DNA of 64,000 bases from Tubiluchus corallicola (GCA_030141605.1 JAQGDQ010000020.1:1240499-1304498), one strand, 5' to 3'; positions 28,343-41,920 are shown, numbered from the stretch's first letter. Made by a program: numbers and translations. Notes: generated by a model not told the origin, from the letters alone.

Positions 28343-28886
28343 GCTTAAAGGACAAGAAAAGGGGTACCAGAAGTAGGTTTCAGAAAAATAGTGTAGGTTG
28401 TAATTACAGCTAGGCTTAAAGGACAAGAAAAGGGGTACCAGAAGTAGGTTTCAGAAAAATAGTGTAGGTTGTAATTACAGCAAGGGTTAAAGGGCAAATA
28501 AAGGGGTACCTGAAGTAGGTTTCAGAAAAATAGTGCAGGTTGTAATTACAGCAAGGGTTAAAGGGCAAGAAAAGGGGTACCTGAAGTAGGTTTCAGGAAA
28601 ATAGTGCAGGTTGTAATTACAGCAAGGGTTAAAGGGCAAGAAAAGGGGTACCTGAAGTAGGTTTCAGAAAAATAGTGCAGGTTGTAATTACAGCAAGGGT
28701 TAAAGGGCAAGAAAAGGGGTACCTGAAGTAGGTTTCAGAAAAATAGTGCAGGTTGTAATTACAGCTAGGCTTAAAGGACAAGAAAAGGGGTACCGGAAGT
28801 AGTTTTCAGAAAAATAGTGTAGGTTGTAATTACAGCTAGGCTTAAAGGACAAGAAAAGGGGTACCGTAAGTAGGTTTCAGAAAAAT
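28343..28886. repeat. 71-bp tandem repeat (about 7.6 copies)
   Basis: Unit aaaggacaagaaaaggggtaccagaagtaggtttcagaaaaatagtgtaggttgtaattacagctaggctt; the last copy runs into MITE 28846-29509. Confidence 0.97.
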
Positions 28887-29509
28887 CGCCTTGAAAATTT
28901 AATTTACTTTATAGCAATTTTATGCGCATATCTTACTCGCACTGAAAGGAATCTTAGTTTGTTTTCATTTTAAATCTCCCGCAATACTGTTCCGACGGCG
29001 CCATTACATGACGTCACTGCATGAAATCAGGGGAAGAAAAGGCAATGTTAAATCATGTCCCTAAAAATTTCCATGCAAAATTATATTACTTACATTTTCG
29101 GTTACCTGCTGGAAAGACTTATGTAGCTAGAAAAGAAAATTATTAATTATTTAAAATGTTTTCACCAATTGGTAAAATGACTCACCCTCCAGGATGCACC
29201 ACTCACTAACCAAAAACGTATTTTTAATCTTATTGACAAGATGCAGTAATTTTAAATCTTATTTAGTTAGTGACTTGTGCACTACGAATGCTCTGATTAT
29301 TTTTTCAAACTTTACACAATGTTATCTAAACTTGTTTCAAATGACCTGTCGTCAAAATGGCTGCGTCTAATCACGGGAGTTTAAATTTACAAGTTTTATA
29401 CAGCGTTACGGCTGACTGAAGTCCTGCACGCAAAAAGGCAGTATGTAAGTGATATAAAATTTCAAAACGAGTTTTTTTAAGTTTTATATGTGGAGGGTTT
29501 TCTTGCGTT
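28846..29509 (-). mobile_element. Kolobok-like MITE family A
   Basis: TTAA on both sides; TIR AGGACAAGAAAA / TTTTCTTGCGTT; reverse complement of 34142-34806. Confidence 0.85.
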
Positions 29510-30512
29510 TTAAATTCACAAATTTATATTATTATGAATTATAAAGTCATATGATTGTAAAATCATTAGAATATTATAAATTTATATGCTAATTTAAAAT
29601 TAATTTACAAACTTAATAAAGTAACGTGAGAAGATAAACATTCAGCAAAAATTTACGTATTTAAAAATAGTTAAAAACCAATGTGAAATGTATCAAACTC
29701 TAAACTAATCATTAAAATAGACAGTTATCTCAAATAAACCAATATTAAGATAATCATTAAAGATGAAATTACAAGAGTTATGCTGCCATAAAACGGACGT
29801 TTGTCTTGTACTATCAACAACAAAGAATATTTTTTCTTAATGAAAAATATATTAACAAAAACTTGACTAACACGCACATAATTAAAAAAGTAATTGCGCT
29901 TTTAGTAGTAGAGTAATATTTGCTTCCAAATCGAAGTGAATATAAAAAATATTCATCAATGGTTTATTGCCGTGATTGTCGACTTGACGCTTGACGTAGG
30001 CCTACTGTGCAATGCTTAATTACGAACAATACGCTATTAATGGCTTCGTATTCGATTCGTATTCGAGATGTACGGGTCTTTAGAAAGAGGAAGAATAGGG
30101 CTACAGGATGATGTGGGCTATATGTTAGGACAGGTCCACCGAGAGGAGTACCGACGAGTTAATTAGATGTTCTATTTTTGGCAATTATCGCTCGGAAAAC
30201 TGCTGACGCAAAGCCATTGTTCTGACGTCATCCATTATACTGTCTATAACCTTATAACTTTAATTCAGTAAAAGCTGCTGCTGACTTTGCGTTGTAAATG
30301 AGGACTGTGTAGGATGTTCGCGTATTATTGATTATAAGTGTATTTATACGCAAAATTTTTGCGGGGCCTTTGCTAGTTTCTATTACTGTCTGCGTTGAAG
30401 TATCTTTTAGTTTCTCCAATTATTTAAACTTGCCATGTACATCCGCTCACGTTTCCGTGATAGCTCGGTTATTAATATGCAATTACACATTTGTCCTTAC
30501 ACGTGCCAGAAA

Positions 30513-30944
30513 CGAAGACTTCCCATATTGCGCAACACCGTGTACACGAAGCCCGCCATCAATTTACATTCTGAATGAGTTTGTCTCATGTTAAAGTGTC
30601 TACAATTAGTATGAGCTTGTACTACTGACAAGTTTTGTACACGCGTCCTCACTCATCGAAGACTTCCCATATTGCGCAACACTGTGTACACGAAGCCCGC
30701 CATCAATTTACATTGTGAATGAGTTTGTCTCGTGTTAAAGTGTCTACAATTAGTATGAGCTTGTACTACTGACAAGTTTTGTACACGCGTCCTCACTCAT
30801 CGAAGACTTCCCATATTGCGCAACACTGTGTACACGAAGCCCGCCATCAATTTACATTGTGAATGAGTTTGTCTCGTGTTAAAGTGTCTACAATTAGCAT
30901 GAGCTTGTACTACTGACAAGTTTTGTACACGCGTCCTCACTCAT
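30513..30944. repeat. 144-bp tandem repeat, 3 copies
   Basis: cgaagacttcccatattgcgcaacac at 30513, 30657 and 30801. Confidence 0.97.
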
Positions 30945-31161
30945 CATCCTGGCGGCCATAAACTTGCCGATTTGTTTATCTTATGAGAATGTTACACGGT
31001 GTAGATTACCACTCTTGTAGATTTATATTCTGTCTACTTGCAGCGCTGATAGCCGATGGGCAAAAGAACGAAACAGCAGCTGCATGAAGGCAATCTTTGT
31101 TCTTACTTTGGTGTTTGTTACAAGAAAGTTACAGCAAACCGGCTGTTTTATGAATCTAAGT

Positions 31162-31624
31162 CAGGGGTGTGCAAATTTGTGCGGCCCGCGAAGAGTTTTA
31201 TCAACCTAATGAAAGCACGGCCCGGGCGATTAATTGAGTGTATCCAGCTGAAGTCCGCGCCACGATCCCAAAGATAATGCAGGTAGTTTTTTCTACTAGA
31301 TCGGATGCCATTAACCCTTACAAGACGGTTGTAGGTTAATGTCACTGTACTACACAGACTGTGTGATACACATTACTAATATGCATTGTAATGAAATTAC
31401 CACTATCTGTCCTGAAAGTAGAAATATAAGGTTTGTAATATAAATTTTAATAACTTCCAAAATAGTTTCTTGAGCATAGTAGTAATGATGTACGCGGGTC
31501 GGATGCAAAAAAATCGTTATTAGGCCTTTCTGTACTTGGCTCCTTGATCAAACTGCCTGTGGACCGCAGGAATTGCGGGAAAGTTTAATGTGGCCCGGCT
31601 AGTCAGATAATTTGCACACCCCTG
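31162..31624. mobile_element. hAT Charlie-like MITE
   Basis: Perfect 16-bp TIR caggggtgtgcaaatt / aatttgcacacccctg; subterminal gcggcccg motifs; TSD not conserved. Confidence 0.82.
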
Positions 31625-31859
31625 GTATAAAGAAAGTTAGTGAGCTTGTCAACAAAAGATTTTCCTCAACGCTCCAACAAACCCAGAATTTGGTTTTTAA
31701 TAATAATCTTCATTTAAGTCGGCATTTGGATGAACAAATAACATGAGCTTAAAGAACTATTATTGCCGACTGTAAATAACATTAATTAACAACTGTAATA
31801 ACTCCAAACTACAACTACATAACAGAGACTATTATTACCCCACTTTTACCCTAAACACC

Positions 31860-31975
31860 ACCCACCAAGCAGGGCAACAGCAGGTACCATTTTTAAAGTC
31901 TTTGGTATGACCCGGCAGCTGGTTCGAACTCACGACCTCCCAGACGGAAATCGCACACGTTACCACTGGACTTAA
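31860..31975 (-). mobile_element. tRNA-derived SINE fragment with Meta-domain-like core
   Basis: Minus strand: A-box-like tccagtggtaac, B box gagttcgaacc, then gggtcataccaaagactttaaaaatggtacctgctgttgccctgcttgg, resembling the MetaSINE central domain. Confidence 0.7.
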
Positions 31976-32281
31976 CCGTCTGTTTTTTATAAATGTATGC
32001 GTCTTACATATTTGTTATAAATGCCATTACAATGAGCACATCACTTAATTTAGCCAGAATGATTCTGCTGCACAGATTAAATTAATTGGCAAAGATTTCC
32101 ACGTTTGTTATACCATAAGAAATTCACGCCAATTTTAGAAAATCACCGAAATTTATAGAAACTTTGCTTTTCCATTAGACGAGTGTCTTACTTGAGCTTT
32201 GAGCATTATCTAAACTGTACAGAGATGCTGGCAAGCGTTTCTGAGGCATGATGCATAAAATGCCACGTAACGATCATATTA

Positions 32282-32968
32282 CAGGTTTTACACGTCAAAT
32301 GTATACACAGGAAAGTTCAAATGTGACTTAGGTAAGTCAAGTGTAGATGCATTACTTTGAATAAATCGGTAATTAACTCATTTAAGTGCAAATTATAAAC
32401 AGATAAACCAAAGATAGTCATCACCTCTTTCATAACTTTGAAAAATGCGTTGTTTATCCTCAAACTAAATCCTTTGATAAACCATAATGTTTGTAGAAAA
32501 GAATAAATCGGTTCCCACTTCCCAATGAACAGTGAATCACTAATTAGTTTTTTAAGTAATGCATTAGCACTGCATTAATGAATTAGTTTCTCTCAAGAAA
32601 CATTGTTTATTTTAAGAATGTATTGTTTTCTCTAACAGTTCCAATGGTATGTAAAGTTTACAGAATATTAGTGAACTACTAGTAGACCTATAAAGTTATT
32701 ACTTTCACAGCAATTATTAAATTAAGATTAAAGGAGATTAAATTTAACATCCTTAAGCTTTACTACCTATCCACGTTTGAGATACCAATGTCACATTTGA
32801 CTTGACATGTGTCTACATTTGACTTACCAAAAACGCTTAAGATTTCTTGAAAACAATTGCTAACACATTTGAACTACCTTAGTCTACATTTGAGTTCCAA
32901 AGACACATTTGAATTACCTAAATCTACATTTGACTTAACGTAGGTCTACATTTGACATGTAAAACCTA
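32282..32968 (+). mobile_element. TA-flanked MITE family B
   Basis: Same TIRs and internal sequence as 44518-45077, with extra internal sequence. Confidence 0.85.
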
Positions 32969-33589
32969 TATTGCAAATGAGGTCAGGTGAGTGACAATTT
33001 ATTTTAAAGGCTAATCACCAAACTCACTTCATTCAAATAACTAAATAACTGATAGGAACGATTTTATAATGAATTTGTTTTAACATTAATTGTTTGTTTA
33101 TTTACTTGAATTGAATTGTCGACGTTTTTCAATATTGAACTTGTTTGTCTGTTTCGTTTCTGATTTTCTACTTGGCGCTAATAAATAAATAAATGGGCAC
33201 CTCGACCAGTAAAAGAAGAAAAACTGAGTTAAGAGGAAAAGATCCATTTTCAACACGACCAGCAATTTTTTGCTATTTCATATTTTTAAGGTGACATTGA
33301 ATTTTGATTTTAAAACTTTTTCTTTATGCAAATCAAACCTGGGCTACCATAACGCGTTAATTTTTCGCTATAACATTTTTCGCTACCATAACACCTATTT
33401 CGCCTAACACAAACGAATGCAAATTAAAAAAACGTAACAAAATAAAAATGAATAGATTTCACTTTTACATTTGTACGTATGTAATGAACATTAAGAACAT
33501 CAGTTACCTTGGGTTATTCATCTAATGTCAATTTCGTTGTTTTTACGGAAGAAGCTCTCAATCTTTCTGCACTCATTTCTAAATACCGA

Positions 33590-33930
33590 TAATTTTTTAC
33601 GGTATTCTTTTTATGATGTTTCTCGCAAGTATATCGTAAATATTCCTAGATGTAAAATAGCTACTTATAAATTCAACTTTTTCACCCGGACTTCTTATCT
33701 GTGGAATTCGCTATTCGAAAATTGTTTTTCAGACAACTATGACCTCACTCGATTCAACAAAATTACCTGAACATATGTTCTAGACCTATCATTAACAAAT
33801 AAGTTAATATATGAATTCCATTTTCATGTTCGTATTCGATATTTGTATTCACTTCCTCACCTTTTCACCATAGCCACTTATTTTGAGTGGTCGGTCGGCT
33901 TGTTTGGAGCAATTTGTTTAATCAAAAAGA
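33590..33930 (+). mobile_element. LINE 3' end remnant
   Basis: FFTRTSYLWNSL...YDLTRFNK, typical of LINE ORF2 C-termini. Confidence 0.6.
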
Positions 33931-34141
33931 AGTCGCTTCGTAAGAGTTGAAAAAAATTGATTATCGAACAAAAGACAATTAATCGATGGTCAATAAAACG
34001 TGCAAAAAAAAGTTTGTACAAAGAATGTCAGACACCTAAAATGTTAAATTGTCTTTGGTTTAGGGTTCCAAATTTGGTTTTAATTCCAAAATTTTAGTTT
34101 ACTTATTTGTCTTTTACACTTACGCAGACCTACAGATTTAA

Positions 34142-34806
34142 AGCACAAGAAAACCCTTCATAAACATAAAGCTTAAAAAATTCGTTTTAAAATTTTATAT
34201 CACTTACATACTGCCTTTTTACATACAGGACTTCAATCGGCAGTCACGCTGTATAAAACATGTAAATTTAAACTCCCGTGATGACCGTTAGGTGCAGCCA
34301 TTTTCACGACAGGTCATTTGAAACAAGTTTAGATAACATTTTGTAAAGTTTGAAAAAATTGTCAGAGCAATCGTAGCGCAAAAGTCACTAACTATATAAA
34401 TTTAAAATTACTGTATCTTGTCAATAAGTTTAAAATACGTTTTTTGGTTACTGAGTGGTGCACCCTGGAGGGTGAGTCAGCGGTGATAACATTTTAAAGC
34501 ACTAATAATTTTCTTTTCTAGTTACATAAGTCTTTCTAGCAGGTAAGCGAAAATCTAAGTAATATAGGTTTGCAAGGAAAGTCTTTTGAGACATAATTTA
34601 ACATTGCCTTTTCTTCCCTTGATTTACGTTTGGTACATGACGTCATGTAATGGCGACTTCGGAACAGTATTGCGGGAGATTTAAAATGAAAACAAACTAA
34701 AATTCTTTCAGTGCGAGTAAGATATACGCATAAAATTGCTATAAAGTAACATAATTTTTTAAGGCGATTTTTCTGAAACCACTTCAGGTGCCTCTTTTCT
34801 TGTCCT
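34142..34806 (+). mobile_element. Kolobok-like MITE family A
   Basis: ttaa|AGCACAAGAAAA ... TTTTCTTGTCCT|ttaa; 665 bp. Confidence 0.85.
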
Positions 34807-35547
34807 TTAATACGAATTTTATTTTTGATTAAAAAGTATTTAATTTTCGCTATGAGTTTATAACTCGACTCTATTTAACTTATAAGACACGTTTTTGTCA
34901 AAATAAAAGCAAAACGATAAAAATGTTGTGTACCAGTCTATAGATTAAAGTCTTATAGTCTTGTGATGATATATTTTGGAGATGTTCATTCATTTATCAA
35001 GAGGTTTATACAGAAACGCGCTATTAACTAACTAAATATCCGCATATTTGTACTAGCAAATGGCCAGCGTCTCCTAAAATATTTTATTTGGCTGTAAACG
35101 AAAATACACATTGGTGCAACATTAGCATTGAAACCACACGTGGGTTCCTCCCAATGAAGCCACTTTGTGCTGTTTCCAAATCACAAAAGTAGGGCTTCAG
35201 TATTGTCGTTCTCTCTGGGACGTGTTGTTCCTACATACATTGGAACTCCAATCAAACACAGTCCCATTCCACACTTCTTCGCTCAGCTTGTCAACAACAT
35301 GGCTCTATTACAGGGTTCCAAGTGACTGTGACAACATGTCTGTTATTACTGGACTGATCCAGCATGGGAAGTCGGGTAAACAGAAAGCTGTGTAAACAAT
35401 GCTGGCGGATGTGGTTGAGAAGGAAAATAACAATGTGGACCAACACTTGTCATTCGTCCATTTGTACAACTTTATTCCTTCGATATTTATGCAATTTTGT
35501 TTGTCTTTTTCCTAATGGTCATGTCCCATTCTCTTATTCTCATTTTT

Positions 35548-36146
35548 TAAAGGAAGACAGGATGATTTTTCATATACTACCCCATTTTCATTTCCGGTAA
35601 AAAGTATACATTTTAACACCATTGATAAAGCAAAAGCGTTTCTGTTACTTAAATAGTCGATTGAAAATTTAATTAACGGCGGTCGAGCCCAACTATTGAT
35701 AACATCACAAATTAACATAATTCTCAACAGCAAAAATACTCCACGAGCGTGTTCCAGGTGTTTACGAAAGCAAAATTGAAGTACAGTGCTACTGTAAGCG
35801 ATTCAGTTTGTTGTACTGAAACTTGGCAAGTTTTAAGATAAAAATGCAAATTTCAAAGTTAGCGCTGTACTCATGCTTGAGCTGTCGAACGTGTGTAGTT
35901 CGTCACAAACTAACACATCTGAACTGAGAGGTACAGTACCTGTTTTTTTGTGCAATGCGGTTCTGAAATGCAGGCGCCAGTGAATGGCGAAATGCATGTA
36001 AGAGCGAGGAACTAGTGGCACGAACCTGAAATTGTGTTTGTGTGGTAACAATTCTGTCAGTGTCACGTAGGTCATTTTTGAAAAAAAATTGTATGTTTCC
36101 TTTTAATGTTTTAAATAGCAGATTGTTTTGACCTACAGTTTAAGAT
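35548..36146 (+). repeat. Dispersed repeat family D (probable non-autonomous DNA transposon)
   Basis: Starts ttaaaggaagacaggatg; second copy at 43446-44123, fragment at 45810-45916. Confidence 0.75.
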
Positions 36147-37514
36147 TGGTTCAGATTTTGCTTTAAGTACTGTACTAGAACAAGTTCTTCGGTACGTTAC
36201 CCAAATAAATACAACGTTCTACAAAGCCGTCCGCACAGATTTTGAAAGCAATTTCAATCAGCTACCCCTTAGTAACTTTATAGATGGTTTAATTACTTGG
36301 CATGCGCAAGCATAATATAACTGGCAATTTTTGACAGTTCTGACGATTTTGATATCTTTAATACGATGTATTATTAATAAATTATTTCTGTAGGTCAAAA
36401 AATTGATCATACATTCATAATAAAACAAATCCCATCAAGGTGTAAACTCAAGTAGTTGGTATAATAATATTCTCTTTTACGAAGCACATGCAGAGTTCCC
36501 AGGGGGTTCATCTTGGGACCCCTGTTGTTTTAAATACATATTAATGACGAATGAAGGTTTGTCACTATTAGGGAAAAACTTGCACCTTGCAGGTGATACA
36601 AGCAATCTCTTTAAATTTACCAGCAAACCAACACGTAACACGGTTTATGCTTGCATATCCTTTGAGAACTGATGAAATTCCTTCAAGCCCAACAACTTTA
36701 CCTAAGTGCAGCATGTCCGGCATGCACGTCTGCACGTATGTCGCTAGGAATCTCTCTTTCAAAAAGAATCTCATTACCTTTTCAAACAACAAAGTGTAAA
36801 CCGTGTTGTCTGAATGTCCTGCTTACTAAGAAACACTTCTTGGCTTTTGTAATCTGTCATAACATGCCAAATTATCCAGCACTGCCACAATTTTAAACAA
36901 ACTTTCAAGTAAGACTGACAGTACGATACGGTACGGTACAAAATCACGGTATGGTACGTATGTGTTACAACATGCCAAATTCTCCTTCACTGCCACAATT
37001 CTAAATAAACTTTCAAGTAAGACTGACAGTACGATACGGTACGAAATTACGGTATGGTACGTAATGTGTCATAACATGCCAAATTATCATAGCACTGCCA
37101 CAATTTTAAATGAAGTGGCAAGTGAAAGATTCCAAGTAAACAGAAGACTATAAAAAATATAAATTTTTCGGCTATGTCGAATTTTCCATACAAAATAATT
37201 TGATCAATTTTTTTATATACAAGCAGCCTTCCATCTTGTAATCTTGCAGAGATGATCTTGTAAATGGGACACTCAATCCATAAACGCAGTAGGTCCTTGT
37301 CACAATCAGCCATACTGAGAAAAGTCCTGATGGAAATTAACAGATTTCTTGACGGGCATATATCCACTTACAAGCCAGGTTTGGTGTTCTTTAATTTCCT
37401 ATCGGGACAACTCAACCGATACCCTCGTATAAAAGAAATACTTCTTATTCCGTAAGTGCCTCCTTTCTGCAAAGCAGAGGGCTTCCCCCCAAGTAACTCC
37501 TACTCCGCTGCGGG

Positions 37515-37996
37515 GGTTGACCAATCAGAATTTGACTGCACCGAGTAGCAGATGCCAGCTAAGATAACTTGGAATAGCTTCTCGTGTCTATTACATGAAG
37601 AAATGTTATCAGTTGCTGAGGGCGTGTCTCAGACAAGACGAATCTGACGGAAGGAAATCCTCGGCGGCAGCGACAGTGAGGAGGAGCAAGAGAAGCAATA
37701 AAATGGTTCAGTTACCATTGCGTCAGTTTGTGCTTTTTTGCAGTCTGTGACAGTAATACTAAATTCTGTGGTAGATTTGCTGCATTTTGTGCAATTACGC
37801 TGCATTCTTGCTGCACGTGAAAATGTAAAGAACGTTGTGCAATCTTCATTGTGACGAGTCGTTTCTTGAGCTTGTTTTTAAACATTGTTTGTTTCTAAGA
37901 ATGACGCTGCATTTTAATTAGTAATGGTGACACGCTAGATAATCTGAATATCCTGTTGGTGCTACTAGAGAAAAATTGCAAAACGACACAGTAAGT
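37515..37996 (+). promoter_or_regulatory. Possible promoter and non-coding first exon of the DMRT gene
   Basis: Locally GC-richer segment with GACCAATCAG (about 37520) and GGGCGTG (37621), then a consensus donor GTAAGT at 37991 that could join the acceptor at 41296. Inference only. Confidence 0.35.
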
Positions 37997-38096
37997 TGCA
38001 CATTCTAAATTTAACTACTGTAACTAAATTCTAAGTACAAACTTTGTGAGAAAAATTGTAAACTCTTGCACATTGAGAATTCCAAAGCTATGCCAC

Positions 38097-38390
38097 TATG
38101 TAAATAACAGTCAAGAAAATTTAAGATTTAAATATGGTTGTACTGTAGATCTAAACGAAAATGTAAAATTAAAGGTTAAGAACTCATTTAAAGATTATGT
38201 TTTAAGATATCTATTATAGCTCCTTACAACACTGTATAATATAATATAATTACAAGGGAACTACAATGTGTGGTTATTATAAAGTTGAATGTCTGTAGAT
38301 ATGTTACTTTATTAACATCGCATTACCTGTTTTACTAACATCTTTATCTTTGTAAACTGTATGTTTTTATACGAAATAAACCCATAATAA
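38097..38390 (+). repeat. About 290-bp direct repeat, second copy at 40882-41165
   Basis: tatgtaaataacagtc...gtttttatacgaaataaa occurs on both sides of the gap with scattered differences. Confidence 0.85.
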
Positions 38391-38849
38391 AAAATGTAAC
38401 GAAATGTTTGCCATTTACGCTAATTTTTTATTCATTAGTCAAGTTCGATAAGTTATCAACGAAGCAAACTTGGAAAACTTAACATTTAAACTTTATTTAT
38501 ATTAACAACGGTAAGACTACGTATATGTAATGATTATTAAAGGATAATATACGTCCGTTTAATTTGATAAGCTGACAAATGTTACAAAAAAGACTAAAAA
38601 AAATTTATAAGATATCTGTGAATTCGTTTACGAATTGTAAATACAGTAGCTGATTACAGCTAGTAAAATAGTACGCGTGAGTTAGTTAAATAATTCATTT
38701 CGCCTTTAGCCTATTTATAAACCATCCCACAAATATAATTTACTTGTCTGTTAAAACTCTTAAAGTGAAAGAAATATATGACATGTATTGTCTTCATTTC
38801 ATGTATTAGTATCATAATTCACTACTTCCACCAGCTTTTCAGTCGTACT

Positions 38850-39295
38850 TTAGTGCAGTTTCAAATCAACATGATCATTACACAAGTTATTCAGTCGGAA
38901 ACTATGTACTCCCTCTTCTGAAAACAAATATAATGAAACAGTCATCAAAATATAATGCTATTAAAATATGGTCATCAATTCCGCGTGAACTGAAAACTCT
39001 TAATCTTTATCAATTTAAAAAAGCATCAAAGAATTACCTACTGCAACGGTATAATTAACTCATAATTTTACTCATCCTGATCTTAAGTTACTAACAAAAC
39101 TTATTTTGTTCTAATGTACGTTATAACTGATGAAAATGTAAAGTTAATTGTCAATTGTTTCACTTATATGGAGGAGGACTCGAACGCTCAATGCTCCTTC
39201 CCCCTCCTCACAGTAACTCGCATAGTTTATTTTTTTTTCAATGTTATATCAATTTATATGTATGTTTGAGTTGCTGTGGAATAAATTCATAATTC
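38850..39295 (+). mobile_element. LINE (CR1/L2-like) 3' end remnant
   Basis: IKYNAIKIWSSIPRELK..YQFKKASKNYLL then 3' UTR with AATAAA. Confidence 0.65.
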
Positions 39296-39896
39296 ATATT
39301 TAACTACCACGTAATAGGTACAATTGTCATTAATGTATGTATCAAACACAGCACAATTTATCAATTTACATCAAACTAATTAGGCGAATTAGTGAAAGAA
39401 AAATGTCACCAAAGAAACTGGTAAAAATATTAACGAAAATAACGAGTAAAGAATTTATTCCAAATTTAAAAATGAATTCATAGAAGAAAGATGGTTATTG
39501 CTAATAAAAAAGTCCCGTTCATAAAGTTGCGTATTAGCTCTCACAACCTCCGTAGATCAAACCTAAAATTACACTTAACGATAGACTAGACCATTTTTGT
39601 AAAAATTCAATAAGAAATGCACTAAATTCTTCAATGTAACTATTATAATGATTTAAGTCGTAGCTTGTTCAGTTATGTCAATGAAATTTTCCCAAACTTT
39701 ATGAATCTCTGCAGGAAAAGTTGATATTTCTGACGAACGCGATCGATTGTGAATTTGCACATTCATATTGTATATTTCAGACTGTTTTGGAAAAAGAAAA
39801 TTAACGCTTAATCATCAAATTCAATCGATTGATCATTATTGTAATTATATTGTTTTTGTAGATGTGTAAATATTGTGAATTGTTTAGCCTTTATAA

Positions 39897-40045
39897 CCTC
39901 GGTTACCAACCTGGGGTACTAGTAACCCTTGGGGGTACCAGCGAACACCACAAGGGGTACCTGAGAAGCCTCTTAGACAATTTTAAAAAAGTTGTGTTAT
40001 ATAATAATCAGACATCTCTGTCAATATAAAATTTTTGAACTGCTA
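39897..40045 (+). mobile_element. Left end of a second copy of the same hAT element, cut by the gap
   Basis: cggttaccaacctggggtactagtaaccc...gtaccagcgaacaccacaagggg matches 6635-6750. Confidence 0.8.
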
Positions 40046-40798
40046 NNNNNNNNNNNNNNNNNNNNNNNNNNNNNNNNNNNNNNNNNNNNNNNNNNNNNNN
40101 NNNNNNNNNNNNNNNNNNNNNNNNNNNNNNNNNNNNNNNNNNNNNNNNNNNNNNNNNNNNNNNNNNNNNNNNNNNNNNNNNNNNNNNNNNNNNNNNNNNN
40201 NNNNNNNNNNNNNNNNNNNNNNNNNNNNNNNNNNNNNNNNNNNNNNNNNNNNNNNNNNNNNNNNNNNNNNNNNNNNNNNNNNNNNNNNNNNNNNNNNNNN
40301 NNNNNNNNNNNNNNNNNNNNNNNNNNNNNNNNNNNNNNNNNNNNNNNNNNNNNNNNNNNNNNNNNNNNNNNNNNNNNNNNNNNNNNNNNNNNNNNNNNNN
40401 NNNNNNNNNNNNNNNNNNNNNNNNNNNNNNNNNNNNNNNNNNNNNNNNNNNNNNNNNNNNNNNNNNNNNNNNNNNNNNNNNNNNNNNNNNNNNNNNNNNN
40501 NNNNNNNNNNNNNNNNNNNNNNNNNNNNNNNNNNNNNNNNNNNNNNNNNNNNNNNNNNNNNNNNNNNNNNNNNNNNNNNNNNNNNNNNNNNNNNNNNNNN
40601 NNNNNNNNNNNNNNNNNNNNNNNNNNNNNNNNNNNNNNNNNNNNNNNNNNNNNNNNNNNNNNNNNNNNNNNNNNNNNNNNNNNNNNNNNNNNNNNNNNNN
40701 NNNNNNNNNNNNNNNNNNNNNNNNNNNNNNNNNNNNNNNNNNNNNNNNNNNNNNNNNNNNNNNNNNNNNNNNNNNNNNNNNNNNNNNNNNNNNNNNNN
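40046..40798. other. Assembly gap (753 N)
   Basis: Run of N. Confidence 1.
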
Positions 40799-41304
40799 GA
40801 ACGCCGGGGAAACATTTTCGAAGAGAAAATATGGAGTTATACAGTTGTTAAAGGAAAGAACAATTGGGTACCAGTCGTTATTATGTAAATAACAGTCGAG
40901 TAAATTTAAGATTTAAATATGGTTGTACTGTAGATCTAAATGAAAATGTAAAATTAAAGGTTAAGAACTCATTTAAAGATTATGTTTTAAGATTAGCTCT
41001 GTACAACACTGTATAATGTCATATAATTACAAGGGAACTGCAATGTGTGGTTATTATAAAGTTGAATGTCTGTAGATATGTTACTTTACTAATATCGCAT
41101 TACCTGTTTTACTAACATCTTTATCTTTATAAACTGTATATTTTTATACGAGATAAACTCATGATAATAATAATAATTAGTAAATTTCCTGCAAAACACG
41201 AGTTCATTCACTACAGCGAAGTGTTATAATTATTATATTTTCTTCATTTTTGCACTACAACTAATATTCATTATCTTCTGTTTCGTAATTTGCCAGTTGT
41301 TGCT

Positions 41305-41549
41305 ATGGCTGAAGAGGCGGAATTAAAGAGCAGCAAATCTGGTACCTCTACGAATAGTGCTGTCACCAAAAAAACAAAAACAAGAAGATTGCTTCGAACT
41401 CCTAAATGTGCAAGATGTAGGAATCATGGAGTCGTGTCTTGCCTTAAAGGACACAAACGTTACTGTAGATGGCGCGATTGTCAGTGCGCCAACTGCCTCC
41501 TGGTGGTCGAACGACAAAGGATAATGGCTGCTCAAGTAGCCCTTAGGAG
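41305..41549 (+). CDS. DMRT2: DMRT2/Dmrt11E-type transcription factor, DM-domain exon
   Basis: [52 protein letters not shown] is nearly identical to the DMRT2 DM domain as I recall it; phase-2 donor GTAGGT at 41550; an acceptor (ccag, 41293-41296) precedes the ATG. Confidence 0.96.
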
Positions 41550-41589
41550 GTAGGTATACAATGGACAGTACATGTTGTCATCACTGTTG

Positions 41590-41920
41590 TCACCATCTTC
41601 ATCTTCATTGTCATCATCATCATTAACATCATGATCATGGTCATCATCATCATCATCTTCTTCTTCTTTTTCTTCTTCTTCTTCCTCCTCCTCCTCCTCA
41701 TCGTCATATTTATTACAATACAGCTTAACAACGACTAAATCAGTGAGCAAGATGCCAAGAGATCAATCGAGAAAAAAATGAATGAATGAACGAATGAATA
41801 AACGAACGCAAGAACGAATGAACGATTAAAAGAATGAACGAATGAACGAATGAACGAATGAATGAACGAATGAATGAATGAATGAATGAATGAATGAATG
41901 ACTGAATGAATGACACAACG

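Noticed and set aside
39992-40892. Long ORFs of 264-298 aa
   Set aside because: They run through the N gap.
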